Shown piece by piece: positions 50,053-58,630 of a DNA stretch of 64,000 bases (position 1 is the first letter of the stretch; the number at the start of each line of letters is the position of its first letter). The stretch comes from Nitrospirota bacterium (GTDB lineage: Bacteria; Nitrospirota; UBA9217). Below the pieces are notes generated by a model. It worked only from the letters and a program-made list of their open reading frames with translations, did no database searches and was not told the origin of the DNA. The translations under genes were made by a program, and so were the position numbers. The DNA lies in NCBI GenBank assembly GCA_963751455.1, contig CAVVUN010000009.1:64001-128000 (forward strand), written 5' to 3'.

Positions 50053-50697
50053 TTGAAAGTTAAAGTTGTAACCCGCATACTCGAAGCGAATGACCGTATC
50101 GCAGATGAGAACCGGAAGCGGTTCAAGGAAGCCGGGGTCTACGTCGTGAATCTTATGGGCGCACCGGGAGCGGGCAAGACCACGCTGCTCGAACGGACGA
50201 TCCGGGAGCTGAAGCCACACACGAGGATCGGCGTAATAGAAGGGGACATTGTCGGGACCGACGACGCTGAACGGATCGGCGCTCTCGATGTTCCCGTGGT
50301 CCAGATCAATACCGGCGGCGCCTGTCATCTCGACGCGAATATGATCAGCGAAGTCCTCAAAGAACTGCCGCTCAAGGAACTCGATATGCTGATCATCGAG
50401 AACGTGGGGAACCTGGTTTGTCCCGCGGAGTTCAAGGTGGGAGAGGATATGAAGATGATGGTCCTTTCCCTGGCTGAAGGACATGACAAGCCGCTAAAAT
50501 ATCCTCTCATGTTTCGCGAGTCATCAGCCCTGGTCCTCAATAAGATAGACCTTCTCCCGTACATGAACACGGACATCGGGAAGGTCAGAAAAGACTCGCT
50601 CGCTCTCAATCCGCAATTAAAAATATTCGAAGTATCCTGTGCCAACGGAGCGGGGATCGATGCGTGGGCCACATGGTTGAGCGGGCTCAAGTCATAG
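50053..50697 (+). CDS. hypB: Hydrogenase nickel incorporation GTPase
   Basis: GAPGAGKTT, GGACHLDA, ENVGNLVCPA, KPLKYP; TTG start after GGAGG. Confidence 0.96.
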   Translation: MKVKVVTRILEANDRIADENRKRFKEAGVYVVNLMGAPGAGKTTLLERTIRELKPHTRIGVIEGDIVGTDDAERIGALDVPVVQINTGGACHLDANMISEVLKELPLKELDMLIIENVGNLVCPAEFKVGEDMKMMVLSLAEGHDKPLKYPLMFRESSALVLNKIDLLPYMNTDIGKVRKDSLALNPQLKIFEVSCANGAGIDAWATWLSGLKS

Positions 50698-53060
50698 TAA
50701 AAGGCATCGTCCAGGGAGTAGGCTTCCGGCCCTTTGTCTTCAATCTGGCGGAATCCCTCGGGCTCAAAGGCTACGTGACGAATACGGGCGCCGGGGTGCT
50801 TATCGAGGTCGAGGGCGAATATCTTCGCTTATTTTTGGAACGCTTGAGCCGTGAGGCGCCTCCGCTTTCCCGGGTTACGGATATTTCAGTTACCCGTCTT
50901 CCCTGTTACGGTTATTCCGATTTTTCGATTCAGGCCAGTATTGATTGCGCTGAAGGCCATCCGTTTACACTCGTCTCTCCCGATGTTTCCGTATGTGATG
51001 ATTGCGTGCGGGAATTCACAGATCCGGCAGACCGGAGATATCTCTATCCCTTCATCAACTGCACGAACTGCGGACCCCGGTTTTCGATTACAAACGCGGT
51101 GCCGTACGATAGGCCGAATACGACAATGGCTTCTTTCGGCATGTGTCCGGATTGCCTTCGTGAATACCATGATCCTCGGGACCGCAGGTTTCACGCCCAG
51201 CCGAATGCCTGCCCGAAATGCGGACCAACAGTCGAATTCAGAGTCCGGGGTGCTGAGCGCCGAGTGAAGGGGACAGATGCAATCAGAGAGACAATAACAC
51301 TGCTGAAACAAGGCGGCATTGTGGCCGTCAAAGGCATTGGTGGTTTTCATATCGCATGCGATGCAGTGAACAACGATGCTGTAAGGATGCTTCGCGAAAG
51401 AAAAAGAAAAAGCAATAAGCCGTTTGCGGTTATGGCGCCTACGGCAGCGGCAGCACAATCTTTCTGCTCGATATCGAAGGAGGAGGAGATGCTTCTTCAA
51501 TCGAACAGGCGGCCGATCGTCCTTCTCAAAAAGCAGGGTGGCGGGTTGTCTGATGACGTAGCACCAAACAATCAGTACGTCGGCGTTATGCTTCCTTATA
51601 CGCCTCTGCATTATCTTCTTTTTCATCATTCTCTCGTTAGGGGGCAACGCGTCGTGGACTCGCATTTCACGGCACTGGTAATGACCAGCGGAAACCTTTC
51701 CGAAGAGCCGATCATCCGGGACAATGACGATGCTCTGAAGAAGCTGGCACATATTGCTGATGGTTTTCTTCTGCATAATCGTGATATCTTTATGCGGGTC
51801 GACGACACGGTCATCCGATTGCGGAGTGAAAATACAGCAGTTTTGTCATCTCAATCCAAAATTTGTTTCATCCGCCGCTCTCGCGGCTATGCCCCCGATC
51901 CGATCGCTCTTCATGACGACGGACCCGAGGTCCTGGGGTGCGGGGCCGACCTTAAGAATACATTCACATTGACCAAAGGAAAATTTGCCATTCCGAGTCA
52001 GCATATCGGCGACATGGAAAATTATGAGACCGTCAGGTTCTACGAAGAGAGCCTTGAGAACCTGAAGGCAGTTTACCGGGCTGATCCGAAGGTGATTATC
52101 CACGATCTGCATCCGGAATACCTGTCCACTAAATGGGCGATAGAATGCGGAGTCAGGAGTGCCGAGTTCGGAGTGAAAACGTATGGTATCCAGCATCACT
52201 ATGCGCACATCGGTTCGGTCATGGCGGAACATGGCCTTAAAGACAAGGTTATCGGGGTCGCTTTGGATGGGACAGGCTATGGTACGGATGGCAATCTCTG
52301 GGGTGGAGAATTTCTTATCGCTGGTATAGACGGGTTTGAGAGGGCAGGACAATTCCAGTATGTGCCTCTTCCTGGCGGTGAAGCAGCAATCAGAGATCCC
52401 TGGAGGACTGCGGTAAGCTATATAGCGGAATCTGAAGGAGCGGGATTATGGGAAAGTTTGGAAATTGCAGGCTTTAAAAGAAAATACGGGAAAGACCTTC
52501 TGGAGAAGGTCATAAAGATTGCCGCATCGAGGGAACTGTCTCCTCTTGCCTCAGGAGCCGGCAGGCTGTTCGATGCTGTTTCAGCGCTCCTCGGTATCTG
52601 CGATAGAAATACATTTGAAGGCGAGGCTGCAATGGCATTGGAATCCTTTACTTGCGACGGCATTGAGGACGAGTATCCGTTTGAGTTGCGAGAAAAAAAA
52701 GAATATACTGTCGTACAATTCAGCACAACATTCAAGGCGATCCTGTCCGATATGGCGGAAACAGTAAGTACTGAAAAGATGTCGACCCGCTTTCATAATA
52801 CTGTGATATCGGCCATACGCAGGACTGTAGGAAAGATAACAGAACAGTCCGGGATTACTGACGTCGCGCTGAGCGGCGGAACGTTCCAGAACAGGTATAT
52901 TTTGAATAAAACGCTGACGGCGCTTTCGTCAGACGGTATGCAGGTTTACACCAACCTGAATGTTCCCTGCAATGACGGAGGCATTTCACTCGGTCAGGCA
53001 TACCTGGTCAGGGAGAGGCTTAAGGAGTGCGGAATTCGAAGTGCGGAGAGCGGAGTTTAG
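50673..53060 (+). CDS. hypF: Carbamoyltransferase HypF
   Basis: GIVQGVGFRPFV, zinc fingers, HDLHP, QHHYAH, NDGGISLGQ. Confidence 0.97.
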   Translation: MVERAQVIVKGIVQGVGFRPFVFNLAESLGLKGYVTNTGAGVLIEVEGEYLRLFLERLSREAPPLSRVTDISVTRLPCYGYSDFSIQASIDCAEGHPFTLVSPDVSVCDDCVREFTDPADRRYLYPFINCTNCGPRFSITNAVPYDRPNTTMASFGMCPDCLREYHDPRDRRFHAQPNACPKCGPTVEFRVRGAERRVKGTDAIRETITLLKQGGIVAVKGIGGFHIACDAVNNDAVRMLRERKRKSNKPFAVMAPTAAAAQSFCSISKEEEMLLQSNRRPIVLLKKQGGGLSDDVAPNNQYVGVMLPYTPLHYLLFHHSLVRGQRVVDSHFTALVMTSGNLSEEPIIRDNDDALKKLAHIADGFLLHNRDIFMRVDDTVIRLRSENTAVLSSQSKICFIRRSRGYAPDPIALHDDGPEVLGCGADLKNTFTLTKGKFAIPSQHIGDMENYETVRFYEESLENLKAVYRADPKVIIHDLHPEYLSTKWAIECGVRSAEFGVKTYGIQHHYAHIGSVMAEHGLKDKVIGVALDGTGYGTDGNLWGGEFLIAGIDGFERAGQFQYVPLPGGEAAIRDPWRTAVSYIAESEGAGLWESLEIAGFKRKYGKDLLEKVIKIAASRELSPLASGAGRLFDAVSALLGICDRNTFEGEAAMALESFTCDGIEDEYPFELREKKEYTVVQFSTTFKAILSDMAETVSTEKMSTRFHNTVISAIRRTVGKITEQSGITDVALSGGTFQNRYILNKTLTALSSDGMQVYTNLNVPCNDGGISLGQAYLVRERLKECGIRSAESGV

Positions 53061-53061
53061 C

Positions 53062-54120
53062 ATGAAACAAATGCTTCAGGAAATGCATACACTGGCCGAG
53101 GGCATCGGCAGGCCGATTAAACTGATGGAGGTCTGCGGAACCCATACGGTCGAAATATTCAGGCATGGGGTGAGGGACGTTATTCCTAAAAGCATCACGC
53201 TTCTCAGCGGTCCTGGATGCCCGGTTTGCGTTACTTCGGTTCGCGATGTTGATGCCGCAATTGCTATTGCAAGCGTCCCGGGCGTCATTTTAACGACGTT
53301 CGGGGACATGATGCGCGTGCCCGGTGGAAAGCAGTCAATGCTCGAAGCCCGTTCGGAAGGCGCGGACATCCGTGTCCTCTATTCGCCGATCGACGCCCTT
53401 TCGCTTGCGCAAAAAGAAAAAAGCCGCGAAGTGGTTTTTTTCGCGACCGGCTTCGAGACAACATCTCCGCTCATCGCGGGGACAATCGCCCATGCCGAAC
53501 AGGCAATGGTTCGAAACTTCTCAATATATACTGCGCACAAACTGGTACCTCCTGCGTTAAAGGCATTGCTGGATTCGCCCGATGTGAAGGTCGACGGTTT
53601 TATCCTTCCCGGCCATGTAAGCACGATTATCGGGAAAAAACCGTACGAATTCGCGGCATCTCAGTATCATATACCTTCAGTGATTACCGGTTTCGAGGCA
53701 GGGGAGATCATAGAAGGAATCCTGATGATTCTCAGGCAGATCGCGCAAAGGCGCGCCGCTGTCGAGATCCAGTATGTAAAAGCGGTAAAGGCAGAGGGGA
53801 ACCCGCGGGCTGTAGAATTGCTGGAAAAATATTTCGAACCGGATGATGCATACTGGCGAGGCATTGGGGTAATTCCGAACAGCGGATTAAAACTGAGGGA
53901 GGCGTATTCCTCATTCGATGCGAACAGGAAATTCAAGCCTCCTGCATCTGACGCTGTCGAACCGGAGCTTTGCTCCTGCGGTGATATCCTGCGGGGCGTG
54001 AAGATACCGACCGAATGTGCCTTATTCGGGACAGGCTGTACCCCCGAGTCTCCGATCGGTCCCTGCATGGTAAGCACAGAAGGAAGCTGCGCCGCATACT
54101 ATAAATACGGACAAAGATAA
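53062..54120 (+). CDS. hypD: Hydrogenase maturation factor HypD
   Basis: MEVCGTHT, GPGCPVC, GFETT, PGHVS, CMVSTEGSC. Confidence 0.97.
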   Translation: MKQMLQEMHTLAEGIGRPIKLMEVCGTHTVEIFRHGVRDVIPKSITLLSGPGCPVCVTSVRDVDAAIAIASVPGVILTTFGDMMRVPGGKQSMLEARSEGADIRVLYSPIDALSLAQKEKSREVVFFATGFETTSPLIAGTIAHAEQAMVRNFSIYTAHKLVPPALKALLDSPDVKVDGFILPGHVSTIIGKKPYEFAASQYHIPSVITGFEAGEIIEGILMILRQIAQRRAAVEIQYVKAVKAEGNPRAVELLEKYFEPDDAYWRGIGVIPNSGLKLREAYSSFDANRKFKPPASDAVEPELCSCGDILRGVKIPTECALFGTGCTPESPIGPCMVSTEGSCAAYYKYGQR

Positions 54121-54262
54121 AATTCCAATCACAAATCCCAAATAACAACCAAACTTCAAGATCCAACGTTTGAAACGTTTGAAATTTCATAATTGAAATT
54201 TGGAGCTTATTTGTGATTTATTGCTTGTAATTTGGATCTTTATATTTCACTTCGAGGTGTTC

Positions 54263-55252
54263 ATGGACAGAATACTCCTGGGTCACGGCAGCGGTGGAAA
54301 GCTCATGCACGAGCTCATTACCCGTCATTTCAGTCCTGCCTTCGGCATCAAGGGGTCCGGTGACTCGGCTGTCTTAGACGTCCCCCCGGGACGGCTTGCT
54401 TATACAACGGATTCCTACGTGGTTACCCCGCTTTTTTTCCCGGGAGGTAATATCGGCGACCTTGCGGTGAACGGCACCGTGAACGACCTCGCAGTTTCCG
54501 GAGCTGAACCGCTCTACCTGACAGCGGGCTTCGTCATCGAAGAAGGTTTTCTCCTGTCAGACCTCAAGACCATTGTTGCCTCCATGGCGTCTGCTGCTTC
54601 AAAGGCCGGTGTCAAGATCGTTGCCGGCGATACCAAGGTTGTGAATAAGGGCAAGGCTGACGGCATATTCATCAATACATCAGGCATTGGCGTTCTTCCC
54701 GACGGCAGGGAGAGTTCCGCCGCGCGGATCAGGAAAGGGGACAAGATCATCATCAGCGGGGAAATAGGCTGCCATGGCGTTGCGGTCATAGCAGAGAGAA
54801 ACGGACTCACCTTCGATCCGGCGATTATGACCGACACCCGCGCCCTCAATGAAGTGGTCCGGAGCATGTATTCAGTGTCGCAGGAAATCCACTTCATGCG
54901 GGACCCTACGCGCGGAGGCCTTGCCACGACCCTGAAGGAAGCAGCTCTCGAATCCGGACTGTGCATGCGAATCCGGGAGAACGCTTTGCCGGTGCCTCCA
55001 GGCGTCAAGGGCGCCTGCAGCCTTCTCGGACTCGATCCGCTGTTTGTTGCGAATGAAGGCATCCTGATCGCCCTTGTTGGTCCAGACGTCGCAGAATCCG
55101 TCCTTTCTGCGATGAAAAGGCATGACCGTCAAGCTGCAATTATCGGAGAGGCAGCTGAAACGCCTTCGGGAATGGTCCTGCTCGAAACGGCGATCGGAGG
55201 CAGCCGTATGATTGACATGCTCCAAGGGGAACAGTTGCCGCGAATATGTTAA
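54263..55252 (+). CDS. hypE: Carbamoyl dehydratase HypE
   Basis: HGSGG, GTVNDL, RDPTRGG, C-terminal PRIC. Confidence 0.97.
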   Translation: MDRILLGHGSGGKLMHELITRHFSPAFGIKGSGDSAVLDVPPGRLAYTTDSYVVTPLFFPGGNIGDLAVNGTVNDLAVSGAEPLYLTAGFVIEEGFLLSDLKTIVASMASAASKAGVKIVAGDTKVVNKGKADGIFINTSGIGVLPDGRESSAARIRKGDKIIISGEIGCHGVAVIAERNGLTFDPAIMTDTRALNEVVRSMYSVSQEIHFMRDPTRGGLATTLKEAALESGLCMRIRENALPVPPGVKGACSLLGLDPLFVANEGILIALVGPDVAESVLSAMKRHDRQAAIIGEAAETPSGMVLLETAIGGSRMIDMLQGEQLPRIC

Positions 55253-55471
55253 CTGCTCAGTGTTTTCCGCATTGCTATCCCGAACAGTTCTGCAAGAGAT
55301 CAGTTTCAAACAACCGGATTACCGCTAAAGCGGCGCGGGATCGACACGAGGCGCATATCGCCTTGCCCGCCGCACTATCTCCTTTACATGGTCAACAAAA
55401 TATAGTATCAATACCCGAAGCGCCGTCTCGCGCCCTTCGGGGCTTTCCAATTTCATTTCATTGTTTTGATA

Positions 55472-56788
55472 ATGCAAAAAAACATCCGTCAACAGGTCTT
55501 TTCCCTGGCCCTTCCCGTTGTCCTTTCGAGTCTGCTCCAGCGCTCGGTCGGCATTGTCGATATATTTCTCGTCGGAGGCCTCGGCGCATCGGCCATTGCA
55601 GCCGTCGGCATTGCCCAGGTTCTGGTCTTCGTTGTCATGAGCGTCTCCTGGGGTGTCAATATCGGGGCCACGGTCCTGGTCGCCCAGTTGTGGGGCGCGG
55701 ACCGAAAGGCAGACGCGGCTAAGGCCGCGTACCAGGCCATTCTCCTGGCGCTGATTGCGGCTGCATGTATTACCGCTTTGGGTCTTACATTCGGGAGTAT
55801 GGTGGGGTCTCTTCTCGGCGCATCCGGTGAAGTTCGGCTGATCCTCGGGGACTATACGGAAATACTTTTCACCTTCATAGTTTTTACTATGGGGATCAAC
55901 ATCCTTTCCGGCATAATGCATGGGACTGGCGATACGAGGACCCCACTGTACGCCACCCTGATCGTGAACATCCTTCATGTGGCAGTTGCTTATCCCTTAA
56001 TCTATGGTCATTTAGGCCTTCCCGCTCTCGGTGTAAAGGGCGCCGCAATCGCCATCGCTGTTTCGGAATCCATGGGCGCCGCGTTCCTGTTCATCCGCTC
56101 GGTGCATAAACGCTACATAAGAATAAGCACCTCGATAGAAATGAAATATACTGCCATGACGATCAGGCTGGGATATCCGATCTTTATCGACCGGCTGCTC
56201 CAGAACACGGGTTCTCTGATGTTCGCGAAGGTCATACTGCTGTACGGGACAACAGTATACGCTGCGCACCAGGTCGGCCTTGCAATCGAGGCGTTCTCAT
56301 TCATGCCCGGGTACGGGATTGCCGTTGCCGCCGCTACCATGGTCGGCCAGAACCTGGGAGCGGGGAAACCCGAGGATGCCCGCATCTCGTCATTCGAAGC
56401 AAATCGCCTTGCGGTCATCCTGATGGCGGCCATGGGACTTGTCTTCTTTTTCTTTCCGTATGCGCTTCTCAAGGCGTTTACCGGCGATCAGGAAGTGATT
56501 CAATACGGGATCATGTACATGAAAATAGTGGCCTTTGCGCAGATACCGCTTGCAATTACGATGGTGCTGGGAGGATCGCTTCGGGGCGCAGGAGATACCG
56601 GGTTCATCATGTTTGCGACTATTGCGGGCATGTGGTTCGTGCGGCTGCCTGTCGCTGCAGTGCTTGCATCTGTTTTCAATATGGGTGTCCGCGTCGTCTG
56701 GTCGGTCATGATCCTGGACTGGCTGATCCGCATGTCGATCTTGCTCTGGCGGTATCGCAGGGAGAGGTGGGGCAGGTTGAACATCTAA
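55472..56788 (+). CDS. MATE family efflux transporter
   Basis: About 12 TM, GTGDTRTP, GQNLGA, RGAGDT. Confidence 0.94.
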   Translation: MQKNIRQQVFSLALPVVLSSLLQRSVGIVDIFLVGGLGASAIAAVGIAQVLVFVVMSVSWGVNIGATVLVAQLWGADRKADAAKAAYQAILLALIAAACITALGLTFGSMVGSLLGASGEVRLILGDYTEILFTFIVFTMGINILSGIMHGTGDTRTPLYATLIVNILHVAVAYPLIYGHLGLPALGVKGAAIAIAVSESMGAAFLFIRSVHKRYIRISTSIEMKYTAMTIRLGYPIFIDRLLQNTGSLMFAKVILLYGTTVYAAHQVGLAIEAFSFMPGYGIAVAAATMVGQNLGAGKPEDARISSFEANRLAVILMAAMGLVFFFFPYALLKAFTGDQEVIQYGIMYMKIVAFAQIPLAITMVLGGSLRGAGDTGFIMFATIAGMWFVRLPVAAVLASVFNMGVRVVWSVMILDWLIRMSILLWRYRRERWGRLNI

Positions 56789-56832
56789 TCACGAAATACG
56801 AAGCATTAAAATTTAACCAAACAACCAATGAA

Positions 56833-56996
56833 CCTGAAAAAAGCAGTTGGACACGGATAAAATCTGATCAACACGGATTTATAGGAAGTTACGAACAGTA
56901 ATGGATTCACCCAAAAGGCGAGATGGCTTTTTGCTCTATCACATTGTTTTGATCCGCTGTTTCCGTGTTCATCCGTGTTCAAATGCCGTTTTTAGG
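56833..56996 (-). mobile_element. 164-bp MITE, copy 2, 5-bp TSD ATGAA
   Basis: Reverse complement of 8620-8783, flanked by ATGAA on both sides. Confidence 0.92.
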
Positions 56997-57076
56997 ATGA
57001 ACAGTTCGGATCTTTAAAATATTTGAAATAAATTTGGATATGAGTTACAATCGAACCACCGCGAAAGGAGGGTCCT

Positions 57077-57253
57077 GTGACTGACATTCCAGGTATGATC
57101 GGCAAGCACGTTGAAGTGATTGCGAATGGGATCCTATACATCGGGGTTTTGATCGAAGTGTCGGATACTGATGTGAACCTGAAGGCGGCCTTCCAATGGA
57201 TAACACTTCCCGTTTCCTCGGTCAGCGTCATCAGGCTCAAAAAAAACGGTTAA
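57077..57253 (+). CDS. 58-aa hypothetical protein, beta-rich (possibly Sm-like); below ORF-track cutoff
   Basis: AAGGAGG RBS, GTG start, MTDIPGMIGKHVEVIANGILYIGVLIEVSDTDVNLK...VIRLKKNG*. Confidence 0.7.
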   Translation: MTDIPGMIGKHVEVIANGILYIGVLIEVSDTDVNLKAAFQWITLPVSSVSVIRLKKNG

Positions 57254-57262
57254 TGCCGGAAG

Positions 57263-58621
57263 CTATGTCGCCTCGATCCTCAATTTTTTCAGTTTTCGAT
57301 AGAGCGTTGCGAGGTCGATACCGAGTTTATTCGCCGTTGCTTCCTTGTTTCCCTTGTTCTCAGTCAGGCTCCGCTTGATGTAATCGCGCTCGAAGTTATC
57401 GAGAGCCTGGCGCAGGGACGAAGTGGGGACGCCCTCTATGTCCAGCGTCCTGAATTTGTCGGTCAGGTCGTGGATAGTGATTACTTCACCGTCGGCAAGC
57501 ACGACCGCCCGCTCGATCGTGTTCCTGAGTTCCCGGATGTTTCCCGGCCATTCGTAAGCAAGAAGAGCCTGCATCGCTTCATAATCGATATCCTTGATGT
57601 TTTTCCCCGACTCCCTCGCAAACATGTCAAGGTAGTGCCTTATCAACACCGGGATATCATCGCTCCGCTCCCTGAGAGCGGGCATACTGATCTCAATCAC
57701 GTTCAAACGATAATAGAGGTCTTCCCGAAAACGATTTTCTTTTACGCGCTGCATCAGGTTGGCGTTCGTGGCCGCTATGATCCTGACGTCGACAGTGATG
57801 ACCCTCGTGTCTCCGACCGGTGTCAGCTCCTTCATTTGAATCACATTCAGAAGCTTTACCTGGAGAGAGGGCGGCAGTTCGCCTATCTCGTCAAGGAAAA
57901 GCGTGCCGCCGTTTGCCATCGTGATCAGCCCCTTTTTGTCTTCAACCGCCGACGTAAAAGAGCCTTTTTTGTGACCGAACAGTTCGCTTTCGAGCAGGTT
58001 TTCGGGGATTGCGCCGCAATTGATGGAAATAAAGGGCTTGTCCTTGCGCAGGCCGCCTTCATGAATGGCCTGGGCCACCAGGCCCTTGCCTGTTCCGCTG
58101 TCGCCGGTAATCAGGATATTGGTCTTGCTCGGGATCACCTTTTCCATGATCGAAAAAACCTTCTGCATCGGCTCCGAGCTGCCGATTATGTTCTTGAAGG
58201 CCGCCGGACGCTGGCTCAACTCCTGCCGCAGAATCTGGTTTTCCATCTGCAGCTGCCTGCCCTCCAGGATCCTGCGGATTGTCAGCCGGATTTCGTCGTT
58301 AATGAAGGGTTTCGTAATGTAGTCAGAAGCGCCCGCCCTCATGGCTTCGACTGCGGACCCGACTGAGGCGAAGGCGGTCATCATGATTAAGGTGGTTTCG
58401 GGGCTTATCTTTTGCGCTTCTTTCAGGACCTGGAACCCGTCTACTTTTTCCATTTTGATGTCTGTCATGACGATGTCGAAGTTTTCCTGCTTGATGCGCT
58501 CAAGCGCCTGCTCTCCGTTGTAGGCTTCCTTCACAGCATAGCCTTCTTTGGTCAGCAGTATATTGAGCGCCATGCAGATGTCTTTTTCATCGTCGACGAC
58601 CAGAATGTTGGCTTTTTGCAT
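57263..58621 (-). CDS. Sigma54-dependent response regulator (NtrC family)
   Basis: REC domain, GDSGTGKG, ESELFGH, GSFTSA, Fis HTH. Confidence 0.96.
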   Translation of the reverse strand: MQKANILVVDDEKDICMALNILLTKEGYAVKEAYNGEQALERIKQENFDIVMTDIKMEKVDGFQVLKEAQKISPETTLIMMTAFASVGSAVEAMRAGASDYITKPFINDEIRLTIRRILEGRQLQMENQILRQELSQRPAAFKNIIGSSEPMQKVFSIMEKVIPSKTNILITGDSGTGKGLVAQAIHEGGLRKDKPFISINCGAIPENLLESELFGHKKGSFTSAVEDKKGLITMANGGTLFLDEIGELPPSLQVKLLNVIQMKELTPVGDTRVITVDVRIIAATNANLMQRVKENRFREDLYYRLNVIEISMPALRERSDDIPVLIRHYLDMFARESGKNIKDIDYEAMQALLAYEWPGNIRELRNTIERAVVLADGEVITIHDLTDKFRTLDIEGVPTSSLRQALDNFERDYIKRSLTENKGNKEATANKLGIDLATLYRKLKKLRIEAT

Positions 58622-58630
58622 GATGAGGCT

